58,608 bases of DNA from Candidatus Thalassarchaeaceae archaeon (GTDB lineage: Archaea > Thermoplasmatota > Poseidoniia > Poseidoniales > Thalassarchaeaceae): NCBI GenBank assembly GCA_034399535.1, contig DASCSS010000022.1, forward strand, positions 1 through 58,608, read 5' to 3'. The position numbers and the translations under genes were made by a program. The notes beneath the pieces were generated by a model. It made no database searches and had not been told where the DNA came from. It saw nothing but the letters and a program-made list of their open reading frames with translations. Shown here piece by piece: positions 44,373 to 52,450 of the stretch (position 1 is its first letter; the number at the start of each line of letters is the position of its first letter).

Positions 44373-45509
44373 TTACCTCATCGCCAGCCCATGGAACTTT
44401 CCAGCTGCAGCAGTCCGATGGAGGAATCTCTCAAAGTGAATGCGTGGATACGTGGAGCGATGCAATCCGACCTCGCAATCGGCCAGTGCGTTGAGCATCT
44501 CCTCTCTTAGCGAAGTGGGCACGTTAAGTCTCCGTCCGACTATGACCCCATGAATCTGAGAGACTATGTCCATGGAATCCAATCCATGGTTGGTCATCAG
44601 ATCGTCGATCTCGGCTATTGCCCCTGAGAGGACCTTTCTCTTTCTGCCGCCTTGGTTCTCCCACCTCCACTCCACCACCCTGCCTCTTAGTGCGAGTTCC
44701 AGAAGATGCCTTCCAGCCTGGAGGGTGGAGGCTTGGACAAGCTTGTGCACAGATGTTCTATCCGAAGCCAGACCTCTCAATTGAAGGAGTTCCAGGGTAA
44801 AAATGGCCTTCTTCAGGTTTCCTTCGCAGATGTAGGCTATATCCTCCATAACTCCTTCTACGTGTTCACAGTCATTCCTATCAGCTATAGAAGAGAGAGT
44901 CGCGACTGTTAATTCTCTATCAGTAGAAGGTATCCGAATCATCTGGCTTCTCGACCTTAGGGCCTCGATAATTCGTGAAGGGGCCCGAGCGACCAAGATG
45001 AACCTAGAAGCCGAGCCAATTGTCTCCATCATCCTCCTTAGGTATGCCTGCCTGATATGACCCAAATGGTCTGCATCTTCTATGACGATCAACCGGCTAA
45101 TGGGCATATGTCCAGGATTGATTTCAAGCTCCGAGCCGGCGGGTGCTGGTTCATCGCTTGAGTGGCTAGTGATCCCCCTGTCAAATGCATCCAAGCTTAG
45201 TCGTCCGGCCAGAGTGTCTGATTGTGAGCCCCCAGGCCTCAAGAATTCCTCGAATGCTGCCATTGCTCCCCTTTGTTTGGCGAGGTCTCTTGCTTGTAGG
45301 ACGTGAGAGGTTGCCCTCCATCCCGGTCCTAGGAGCTGCCTTGCAACGAGTCTCCAAGAGGCGGTCTTGCCCACACCAGCGGGTCCCGTGATTAGAAAAT
45401 GGGGGGTATCTGGAGAGAGGGTTGCCGAGGAAAGCGCCTTTCGAATCGGAGCAGGCACTGCAAGCTCGGCGAATGTTGTCGGTGCCTCGGTTTCTAGCCA
45501 GCTCGCCAC
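44373..45509 (-). CDS. replication factor C small-subunit-like AAA+ clamp-loader protein (divergent)
   Basis: N-terminal WLETEAPTTFAELA in place of the RFC box W.EKYRP. Walker A ITGPAGVGKT. Walker B LIVIEDADHL. LRRMMET. SRS in place of the SRC motif (ALRSRSQMIRI). GTG start. The stop codon abuts the tRNA-Arg 3' end. Confidence 0.7.
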   Translation of the reverse strand: MASWLETEAPTTFAELAVPAPIRKALSSATLSPDTPHFLITGPAGVGKTASWRLVARQLLGPGWRATSHVLQARDLAKQRGAMAAFEEFLRPGGSQSDTLAGRLSLDAFDRGITSHSSDEPAPAGSELEINPGHMPISRLIVIEDADHLGHIRQAYLRRMMETIGSASRFILVARAPSRIIEALRSRSQMIRIPSTDRELTVATLSSIADRNDCEHVEGVMEDIAYICEGNLKKAIFTLELLQLRGLASDRTSVHKLVQASTLQAGRHLLELALRGRVVEWRWENQGGRKRKVLSGAIAEIDDLMTNHGLDSMDIVSQIHGVIVGRRLNVPTSLREEMLNALADCEVGLHRSTYPRIHFERFLHRTAAAGKFHGLAMR

Positions 45510-45549
45510 GGGGGTAGGCGGAAGTGGCGGGACTTGAACTCCGCGTTCG

Positions 45550-45813
45550 TCACTCTGCCTTCAGAACCTTGGCCATGCCGTCCTTTCTGGGCTTTGCGAA
45601 GATGCGGTAGCCGCACTTGTGACAGGACTTTCCTGTGGAGCCTGCCTCCGACCATGTCATATGGCCGCAATTGACGCACTTGTATCGAATCTCCAATGGA
45701 TCCATTGGCGAGTTGCAATGGCCACATTGCTCCTCACCCGTAGGATTGTAAGACCTCCTGTCGGTTCGGTTGCAGTTCCTGCACTTGTGGAGAATGGTCT
45801 GGTCTGCCTTCAT
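45550..45813 (-). CDS. zinc-ribbon protein; C-terminal half resembles RNA polymerase subunit P (Rpb12)
   Basis: YKCVNCGHMTWSEAGSTGKSCHKCGYRIFAKPRKD fits the RpoP pattern Y.C..CG...C..CG.RI..K.R. The 87-aa ORF adds a second N-terminal CxxC...CxxC ribbon. The internal ATG at 45705 would give a canonical 51-aa RpoP. Confidence 0.6.
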   Translation of the reverse strand: MKADQTILHKCRNCNRTDRRSYNPTGEEQCGHCNSPMDPLEIRYKCVNCGHMTWSEAGSTGKSCHKCGYRIFAKPRKDGMAKVLKAE

Positions 45814-45862
45814 CAGTATCGGTCCGGCGACCTACCGGGCCTTCTTCAACCTGTCCTATCTA

Positions 45863-46456
45863 TCATGAAGGGATACGGCAGCGTTTGCAAATCTCCACGA
45901 AGTTCTCGAATATGGTCGAACCGTACTCGGTGTCGTTAACCTCCGGATGGAATTGAAGGCCAAAACGATCTAATCTTTCGTTCTGCATTCCTTGTACCTC
46001 GCATGATTCACTGCGGGCGACGATAATGAAACCTGGTGGGAGCTCGGAAACTTCGTCATTGTGGCTCTCCCAAACTGTCTGCTTGTCGGGCGTTCCCTCG
46101 AAGAGTGGCCCACCGCCGCTGACAAGTGAGATGGAAGCAGCTCCGAACTCGGGTTTGGGGGCTTCCCCGGCATTCCCACCATAGTGACGTGCCATGAACT
46201 GATGTCCGGCGCATATACCCAGAATCGGGATGTCCAACTCGAGATATTCTCCGCAGTTACCAAGCTCTCCGGTTAGGCCCACCCTAGCAGCCCCTCCCGA
46301 AAGAACTAGTCCGTCGAGTTTTCTGAGTTCTCTCGCTGGGGTGTTGTTCGGAAGTATCTGGGTGTCTACGCCTAGATATCTAAGCATCCTCCACTCTCTG
46401 TGTGTCCATTGACCACCGTTGTCGATGACGTCGATGACGATTCTGCCGCTCGCCAT
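45863..46456 (-). CDS. guaAA: GMP synthase (glutamine-hydrolysing) subunit A, class I amidotransferase
   Basis: VIDNGGQWTHREWRMLRYLGV, the catalytic GICAGHQFM, and HNDEV. The 197-aa stand-alone GATase is typical of split archaeal GuaA. Confidence 0.85.
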   Translation of the reverse strand: MASGRIVIDVIDNGGQWTHREWRMLRYLGVDTQILPNNTPARELRKLDGLVLSGGAARVGLTGELGNCGEYLELDIPILGICAGHQFMARHYGGNAGEAPKPEFGAASISLVSGGGPLFEGTPDKQTVWESHNDEVSELPPGFIIVARSESCEVQGMQNERLDRFGLQFHPEVNDTEYGSTIFENFVEICKRCRIPS

Positions 46457-46535
46457 GAAGATGCTGTGGGGACTTGGGCCATCAATTATGCCCTATCAAA
46501 GTTTGAAAAAGGAAGGCAATCTCGGAAGAGAACCA

Positions 46536-46611
46536 GCCCCGATGGTGTAGTGGCCTATCATGCAGCCCTGTCGAGGCTGCGACCCGGGTTCAAATCCCGG
46601 TCGGGGCGCCA
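46536..46611 (+). tRNA. tRNA-Asp (anticodon GTC), 3'-CCA encoded
   Basis: GCCCCGA-TG-GTGTAGTGGCCTATCAT-G-CAGCC-CTGTCGA-GGCTG-..-CCGGG-TTCAAAT-CCCGG-TCGGGGC-G-CCA. tttgaaaaa lies 26-34 nt upstream as a possible TATA element. Confidence 0.88.
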
Positions 46612-46616
46612 CTAAA

Positions 46617-47864
46617 TTATGCGCCGGGGTAACCGATCTCTTCGGTGAGAGAAGGGGCTATCCAGGCCTCAAAAGAGCACAATCTGAGTGTCGAACTGTA
46701 ATCTCGCTTTATTCTGAGAGTCGGTTCTGGGGTGCCTTGTAGCCTGGGTGGAAGGGCCTTTCGAATTGCCTCATTGGCCTCCTCAATCTCAGACTCTGCA
46801 GCGATTACCCTTCCCCTCACCATGCTAGGTCCTGTCCTGTCGAGTAGAGGCACCAGGGAGGGGAGGAACTCGATGGTTCGGAGAGGTAGGTTGACCAGAA
46901 GCAGGTCCCACGCTCCTGCAATATCGGGGTCTTCGCGCAATTCGGTCGCATCGGCCAGCCCTGCTGTCCTGTCTTCATAGATTCTCGAGACGGGGGTTGT
47001 TTCGGTGGGGTAGTCCCTGCGATCCCAGCGACGCAGATTGTCGAACAGCAACTCAACAGCATCGGGATTGATATCTGATGCGAGCAGGTCGCCCACCAGT
47101 TCGGACTCTCCCAATAGTGTTGCTAGTGCTGGGCCGACCCCGCAGAACGGATCACAAACACGCAGTGGGCGATCTAGCAAGGAGCGCAGCTCCTTAGCCA
47201 ATGCCAGAGTCTCCAGCCTCTCGGTCTGCAACTTGGTGGAGAAGTACGCCCGTGTGGGGTCGCAGAGGATACTGCATCCGGATTCTCTGACCAACACGCG
47301 GGTGCTAGAGGCAGAAGGAGGAATGCCCTCAGTGACGACTTCCCCCTCCAACCACGCACCGATTGGTGTCAGATTCCGGATTCGGAACTCTCCCTGGACC
47401 CCTTCGTCGCTGAGAACTAGTCGTACGTGTGGGTGAGACCTGAGTTTTGCCTCCGCAATCTGCGTAGTGAACTCGGAGACCGCTCCTTCGATTCGTACGA
47501 TCATCATGTCTCCTATGAACTCATGAGAGGAGGGCCACTCCTCTCTATTTCTCTCCAATAGGTCCTGGTCTAATAACAAAGAAAGGTGGTTCAACCAGTC
47601 CGAGTCTACCCTGTCGTCCTCCTTGCCAACCACCTGGGTAATCGCTAGCGTGTCTAGGGGGGGCGGAAGTGTGCCGGGTGCATCTGGATCTAGAGGGACC
47701 AGTCGGCAATCTCTTTCTTCGGATGAGAAGATGCGCATACCCTGAGCCAGCCAGCCATTCTCACGGAGGAGGGCGAGAATGGACTCAACCTCGTGGTTAG
47801 GAACAATCAGATGGCGCATCATGATGGTGTCCCGTGCGAGGTTTATGGCTTCACCATAACGCAT
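46617..47864 (-). CDS. Trm5/Tyw2-family tRNA methyltransferase (Met-10+ like) with N-terminal extension
   Basis: The SAM motif VCDPFCGVGPALATLL and the NLP motif (LLLVNLPLRTIEFL) are present. 415 aa. Confidence 0.7.
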   Translation of the reverse strand: MRYGEAINLARDTIMMRHLIVPNHEVESILALLRENGWLAQGMRIFSSEERDCRLVPLDPDAPGTLPPPLDTLAITQVVGKEDDRVDSDWLNHLSLLLDQDLLERNREEWPSSHEFIGDMMIVRIEGAVSEFTTQIAEAKLRSHPHVRLVLSDEGVQGEFRIRNLTPIGAWLEGEVVTEGIPPSASSTRVLVRESGCSILCDPTRAYFSTKLQTERLETLALAKELRSLLDRPLRVCDPFCGVGPALATLLGESELVGDLLASDINPDAVELLFDNLRRWDRRDYPTETTPVSRIYEDRTAGLADATELREDPDIAGAWDLLLVNLPLRTIEFLPSLVPLLDRTGPSMVRGRVIAAESEIEEANEAIRKALPPRLQGTPEPTLRIKRDYSSTLRLCSFEAWIAPSLTEEIGYPGA

Positions 47865-47894
47865 GAAATTATGTGTATCAGCCGGTGGGGGTGC

Positions 47895-48713
47895 ATGGCT
47901 TCCGATGAGCTTGTGCCTGGTCTCTGGCTAATCGGCATAGGCCCAGGAGACCTAGGACATATGACGGAGCGGGCAATTACGGTCGCAAGAGGGTGCACCA
48001 AGAGGTATTTGGAGGGTTACACAGCAATCCTTCCCAAGGATCAGGAAGGAAGGCTGGAGGAGGTAATTGGCCCGTGGGAGAAGCTCATGCGTCCTTTAGT
48101 AGAGAATCCAGAGGGCCTGTTGGAAGAGGCAAGAAGCGCAGCAGTGGCACTTCTCGTGGTGGGAGATCCGATGCAGGCGACTACCCACATAGATCTGGAG
48201 GCTCGCTGTATTGAGCAGGGTGTTGGTTTCGAAGTCGTACCCGGTATGTCTGCTACAACGCTGGCAGTCTCTCTTTCCGGGTTGCAATCATATCGTTTTG
48301 GAAGGCAGGTGACGCTTCCTTACCCATACGGAGAGTACCTGGCCACCTCTCCACTGAAGATGATCGAAGCAAACTACATCAGCGGCCTTCATACGTTAGT
48401 TCTACTGGATCTAGATCCTACTGGGATGGGTTTCGACCCTCCCAAACCAATGCAGCCCGGTGAGGCGGTGATGGTGCTACGAAGCATGGTAGAGAAGTGC
48501 GAGGAGGATGGCACAAACGAGGGTGCTTTAGCCCCAGTGGATGAATGGGACTGTGTCCTCCTCAGCGACATTGGAACAGAGTCGCAGAGGGTGGTATCAG
48601 GGAAGCTCGGAGAGATTGCCGATGTGAGCGATGGATGGATTCACACTCTCATTCTCCCATGTGAGATGAGTGAGAACGAGAAGGAAGCGTTTGAACGGAG
48701 AAGAGTAGCTTAG
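47895..48713 (+). CDS. dphB: diphthine synthase
   Basis: LWLIGIGPGDLGHMTERAITVARGCTKRYLEGYTAIL and LVVGDPMQATTH match the tetrapyrrole-methylase-fold DphB pattern. The start is set at ATG 47895 (MASDELV...), because the track start overlaps the divergent gene. Confidence 0.85.
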   Translation: MASDELVPGLWLIGIGPGDLGHMTERAITVARGCTKRYLEGYTAILPKDQEGRLEEVIGPWEKLMRPLVENPEGLLEEARSAAVALLVVGDPMQATTHIDLEARCIEQGVGFEVVPGMSATTLAVSLSGLQSYRFGRQVTLPYPYGEYLATSPLKMIEANYISGLHTLVLLDLDPTGMGFDPPKPMQPGEAVMVLRSMVEKCEEDGTNEGALAPVDEWDCVLLSDIGTESQRVVSGKLGEIADVSDGWIHTLILPCEMSENEKEAFERRRVA

Positions 48714-48763
48714 CTCTCTTGCGACGGAATCAAGTCGGGTCCGCCTTTCGGGGGGGCGTTAAC

Positions 48764-50473
48764 ATGGCCAAGCCTCCAGCTGAAGTAAGGTTCCCAGGTG
48801 ACAAGAACAGGAGGCGTAGACTTAGGGTCAGGGGGATCAAGCAAGCCTCGAAGGAAATCCAGAAGAGATTGGAATCAAATCTTGACGCTCTAATCGGGGA
48901 CCCAGAGGTGTTCATGCCAGAAATTATTGGTGACATCGGAAAAATTTCGTTCTTCGGGCCTAAAGACCCAATGGCACTTACACTCAGAGACGTGGGAACG
49001 GTCTCCTCAAAGAGGAACGATGTGAAGTGGCTACGTAACAGAATGTCAAAGAGAGGAGGAGACGGGGTCAGCATGGCACTTGCCGGAAGTCTCCTAGCAG
49101 CATCTGAAGAGGACCTATCAACAGTCTCTGTTTTCAAGAGCCCCCTCTACGGAAACGCGAGCTACCTGAAGAGAGGGAATGGAAAACCGGGACACTTGGT
49201 AGGAATCCAGAACTTCACCCACACAAGGCTGCGGTTGCTCGTCTGGGACGATCATGCGAAGTCCGGGCAGTATTTCTTCTCATGGGATGGGGGTTTCGTG
49301 TGTACTGGCACAAACCCCGAAGCCCCTGCTGAATGGATCGAGTGGGCCCTAGACAACTCCTCAGTGGATCTCTCAGGAGAAAGGTGCAGGTGGACCATAG
49401 GACTTGACGAGGAGTCAGTCAAAGAAGGGTTGCATACCGAACAGGGATGGCTGAAGCTGACATTCTCGGACGGAACCGAAGTCGGTCTTTCGCAAACATC
49501 CCTCTCTAAGACTGCCGAGCCCCTGGCCCAGAGCATTGCTATGGCAATGATGCCGCCCAACAAATTGGGAGAAATATGCGATGCCGAGTGGATGTGGAGA
49601 CCAGACGGCTGGCCCGAAGAAAGGCCTCTTCCCGAACAAGGCAAGGAACGGCTCAAGGAGGTACTGGACGCCTGGCTCAGGATGTCTTTGGAGGACGCGT
49701 CGTTGGCAAGGAGTTGTAGGGCTAGCATCCTAAACTCCATCGAAGACGGATTCGTTGTCGGCAGCAACTGGTTCTCTGGGGACGACCAGCCCGGTTTCCT
49801 AGAGCATATGAGCGGAACCGGGGACGAGCGTCAGGCCCTTGCATGCATCCTAGATTCCCTGGAAGGGGGGGTCCACGTCAGAAGCGATGGGGTCGTATTG
49901 GATATCGAAGACAACGTTGTCAGGCTTGAGGACTCGTCCTGCCATCCAGTTCTGGTCTCTCTTTGGCCGGAACACGGATTAGTCGTGCTGGGGAGCCTTT
50001 TCGGATTAACTGGTGAAGATGCTGAGAAGGCACACACCCGCCAAGCAAAGCGGAAGCAGGGATTCGGTGCCTTCTTGAGGGAGCTCGGCGAGAGCCTCAA
50101 CACCGCCAAGCGACTAGATAGGTTACCATGGGATAGCGCTTCATTGCCCTCCCCTCTATCTTTCGCCGATCGCCTCGTTCGCAAGGCCGCTGACGACGGA
50201 GTTGCTTCCACTGTTTCGATGGCAAGGAGCGGCAGGGGGATAGAGTCGGCAATGGGATGGGCATGGCTCGTTGTGCACGAGCGAACGGAGTCGGATGCAT
50301 GGAGATTCGATGAGGAGAGCAGAGACAAGGGCGGCGATTGGGTACCTGCACTGCAGGCACTTTGGGACGCGGCAGATTCCCTGCTGCTCAAGGACGACCT
50401 CGAAGCAGAAGCAGACTACCGGTCTTCAATGGTATGGCTAGCTGAAATCAGCGGTTCTGGCACCCTTCCCTAA
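48764..50473 (+). CDS. hypothetical protein (~570 aa), no recognisable motif
   Basis: Long uninterrupted ORF. The start is set at ATG 48764 (MAKPPAEVRF...). The N-terminus is basic (KNRRRRLRVRGIK). No TM helices. Confidence 0.55.
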   Translation: MAKPPAEVRFPGDKNRRRRLRVRGIKQASKEIQKRLESNLDALIGDPEVFMPEIIGDIGKISFFGPKDPMALTLRDVGTVSSKRNDVKWLRNRMSKRGGDGVSMALAGSLLAASEEDLSTVSVFKSPLYGNASYLKRGNGKPGHLVGIQNFTHTRLRLLVWDDHAKSGQYFFSWDGGFVCTGTNPEAPAEWIEWALDNSSVDLSGERCRWTIGLDEESVKEGLHTEQGWLKLTFSDGTEVGLSQTSLSKTAEPLAQSIAMAMMPPNKLGEICDAEWMWRPDGWPEERPLPEQGKERLKEVLDAWLRMSLEDASLARSCRASILNSIEDGFVVGSNWFSGDDQPGFLEHMSGTGDERQALACILDSLEGGVHVRSDGVVLDIEDNVVRLEDSSCHPVLVSLWPEHGLVVLGSLFGLTGEDAEKAHTRQAKRKQGFGAFLRELGESLNTAKRLDRLPWDSASLPSPLSFADRLVRKAADDGVASTVSMARSGRGIESAMGWAWLVVHERTESDAWRFDEESRDKGGDWVPALQALWDAADSLLLKDDLEAEADYRSSMVWLAEISGSGTLP

Positions 50474-50485
50474 TCTGGAGTCTTC

Positions 50486-50563
50486 TGGTGGGCCCGCCCA
50501 GATTTGAACTGGGGTCTAACGCCCCCGAAGCGCCAAGTATAGGCCAAGCTAACCCACGGGCCC
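50486..50563 (-). tRNA. tRNA-Pro (anticodon CGG), 3'-CCA encoded
   Basis: The reverse complement reads GGGCCCG-...-GGCGC-TTCGGGG-GCGTT-..-CCCAG-TTCAAAT-CTGGG-CGGGCCC-A-CCA. It closely resembles the tRNA-Pro(GGG) at 5400-5477. Confidence 0.88.
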
Positions 50564-50603
50564 CGAGACCCGCGGGAGCGTGAGTCTACCATAAGGTGAA
50601 TGC

Positions 50604-50610
50604 CTATATC
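50604..50610 (+). promoter_or_regulatory. TATA-like element upstream of tRNA-Ala
   Basis: ctatatc ends 27 nt before the tRNA 5' end at 50637. It lies in the 73-nt spacer between the divergent tRNA-Pro and tRNA-Ala genes. Confidence 0.3.
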
Positions 50611-50636
50611 GAGGGGGGGTCCGGCTTGGCTCCGTT

Positions 50637-50713
50637 GGGCGTGTAGATCAGCCTGGAAGATCGCCTCGTTCGCAACGAGGAGGCCACGGGTTCAAATCCC
50701 GTCACGTCCACCA
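50637..50713 (+). tRNA. tRNA-Ala (anticodon CGC), 3'-CCA encoded
   Basis: GGGCGTG-TA-GATC-AGCCTGGAA-GATC-G-CCTCG-TTCGCAA-CGAGG-..-ACGGG-TTCAAAT-CCCGT-CACGTCC-A-CCA. The acceptor stem contains the G3:U70 wobble that is the alanine identity element. Confidence 0.88.
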
Positions 50714-50775
50714 TACGAATCAGAAGTGGTTATTCCTTGCAATAGTTCATTTCCCGTCTCAAGCAGCACGTTTCC

Positions 50776-51213
50776 ATGGAGGTGCCACGTGCATCTTCTC
50801 GCGCTGTTCACAATGTGATGGTAGCTAACAAGTCGACCAACACAAAGCCTGAGTTATTTGTTCGGGGTGCGCTTCGCGGGGCTGGTTTTCCGGGGTATCG
50901 ACTACATTGGAGGATAGATGATGAAGGGAATCGTTACCTCTGTAGACCAGACGTCACTTTTCCGGGTAGAAAGTTAGCAGTGTTCGTTCATGGCTGCTTC
51001 TGGCATCGGTGCCCCCGATGTGATCTTGATCTTCCAAAGTCAAACGTGGACTATTGGAGTCAAAAGTTTGACAAGAATGTCGAGCGAGATCGGAAGAAGG
51101 AACGTTCTCTATTGGAAATGGGATGGAGTGTCCATACGATATGGGAGTGCAGTCTAGTGGATGATACCACGGAACTGGTGGAATTACTACAACAAGGCAA
51201 GAACGGAGCTTGA
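50776..51213 (+). CDS. vsr: very-short-patch repair (Vsr) T:G mismatch endonuclease
   Basis: NTKPE, RPDVTFPGRKLAVFVHGCFWH, and PKSNVDYWSQKFDKNVERDRK...GWSVHTIWECSL align block for block with E. coli Vsr (RPDFV..HGCFWH..FW..K...NVERDR..GW.V..WEC). Confidence 0.85.
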   Translation: MEVPRASSRAVHNVMVANKSTNTKPELFVRGALRGAGFPGYRLHWRIDDEGNRYLCRPDVTFPGRKLAVFVHGCFWHRCPRCDLDLPKSNVDYWSQKFDKNVERDRKKERSLLEMGWSVHTIWECSLVDDTTELVELLQQGKNGA

Positions 51214-51246
51214 AATGGTGAGCGCTGTCCCTTCGGTGCGGGGGGC

Positions 51247-52029
51247 TTAGAGATCGAGCCTCTCAACCTCCTCGATGCGCCCGGTCTGGAGGTCAAATGC
51301 CGAGAGCCTTGGTCGGAGCTCCGACTCCTTGAGCGCTATTCCTGTGTCGATGAGGGTTGCAGCTGGCCGACCGTCCTCCATCTTAACAGGGCTGAACCAA
51401 ATTCCTTCTTCCGGAGCCTGGGCACCAAAGACATCGAGCTTCTGGACTGGGGTGTGGCCCGCGACAATCTGTCTTTGAGTATCCAATGGTCGTTTGGCTA
51501 GAAATATTTCACGAGACTTGAGGCGATCCTCGTCGGTTTGTTCTCTCAAGGGGATGTCTATTTTGTAACCTGAGTGTGCCAGACGAAATCTGGCTAGGAC
51601 TACCTCTGTCGGTAGTGAGTCTGTGAATTCGAGCCATTTTGTCGCCCTCTCCCTCTTCTCATCATCGGCATCGCCGGGCATTGAAAAGAGCGTCTCCCTT
51701 CCTCCTATTCTGTCCTCCCAGAAGGTAGTCATTCTATCGGATTTTGCCGTAAGTGCCTCTGACATCAGTAGCTCGTGGTTCCCCTTTATCGAGAATATGC
51801 TATTGCTTTCGCTTACGATAGAGAGAACCCCATGGCTATCAGGGCCCCTGTCAATCAAGTCCCCCAGACATATCACCATGTCCCCATCGACAAGTCGAAG
51901 GATTCCCAGTAGATCCTCGAACTCTTCCCTGTAGCCGTGGATGTCCCCCACGGCCCAAACTGAGTACCCCCCATCGAGCGCTTCTTGGAGTGCCCCTTCC
52001 AAATCCTTGTCTCGGTGCGGAGGATGCAT
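51247..52029 (-). CDS. PPP-family metallophosphoesterase (lambda phosphatase/ApaH-like)
   Basis: The full motif set is present: GDIHG, GDLIDRGPDS, GNHE, AHSG and AGHTP. Confidence 0.8.
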   Translation of the reverse strand: MHPPHRDKDLEGALQEALDGGYSVWAVGDIHGYREEFEDLLGILRLVDGDMVICLGDLIDRGPDSHGVLSIVSESNSIFSIKGNHELLMSEALTAKSDRMTTFWEDRIGGRETLFSMPGDADDEKRERATKWLEFTDSLPTEVVLARFRLAHSGYKIDIPLREQTDEDRLKSREIFLAKRPLDTQRQIVAGHTPVQKLDVFGAQAPEEGIWFSPVKMEDGRPAATLIDTGIALKESELRPRLSAFDLQTGRIEEVERLDL

Positions 52030-52030
52030 C

Positions 52031-52450
52031 CTACTCCTCTTCGTCCGACTGGTTGGGAAACATTGGCAACAGCATAGCAGCGATTAGCAATACCGGGATC
52101 AGTATGAATATGGCTCCGTAGGAGTCTCCAGGTGTGCCTTCTGGCCTGGGAATTGCAGGCTCTATCAGCATCCCAAGGACGAACATAGCTGCCATCAAGG
52201 TAGCTATTCTAAGATGATCGGTCGTGAGTTCGATAGCTCCGCTTCGAATCTGTGTCAGCATCAGGAGAATCAGGGCTGCTATCAGTACCATCATCGGAAG
52301 AGTCGCGGCCATGATCCCCCCCCGTGGCCCCCTGCCCTCTTCTAGGGAGGTCTCCATGGACATGAGGACACGAAGGGAAATTGCTAGTATCAATAATGCC
52401 AGTGCGGCAATAATTGCCAGCCGTCTATCGTTGTTATTTCCTGGTGACAT
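52031..52450 (-). CDS. small polytopic membrane protein (139 aa, ~4 helices)
   Basis: Its ATG overlaps the upstream stop (ATGA sharing position 52450). Its stop lies 1 nt from the phosphatase ATG. Four hydrophobic stretches and an acidic C-terminus (SDEEE). Confidence 0.55.
   Translation of the reverse strand: MSPGNNNDRRLAIIAALALLILAISLRVLMSMETSLEEGRGPRGGIMAATLPMMVLIAALILLMLTQIRSGAIELTTDHLRIATLMAAMFVLGMLIEPAIPRPEGTPGDSYGAIFILIPVLLIAAMLLPMFPNQSDEEE

Noticed and set aside
50486-50775. An integrated mobile element or prophage boundary at the tRNA-Pro/tRNA-Ala pair.
   Set aside because: It cannot be called a mobile element. No integrase, transposase or excisionase is present, and I saw no repeat of the tRNA 3' end in the following 5 kb. 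It is kept only as a hypothesis in the 50486-55352 finding.
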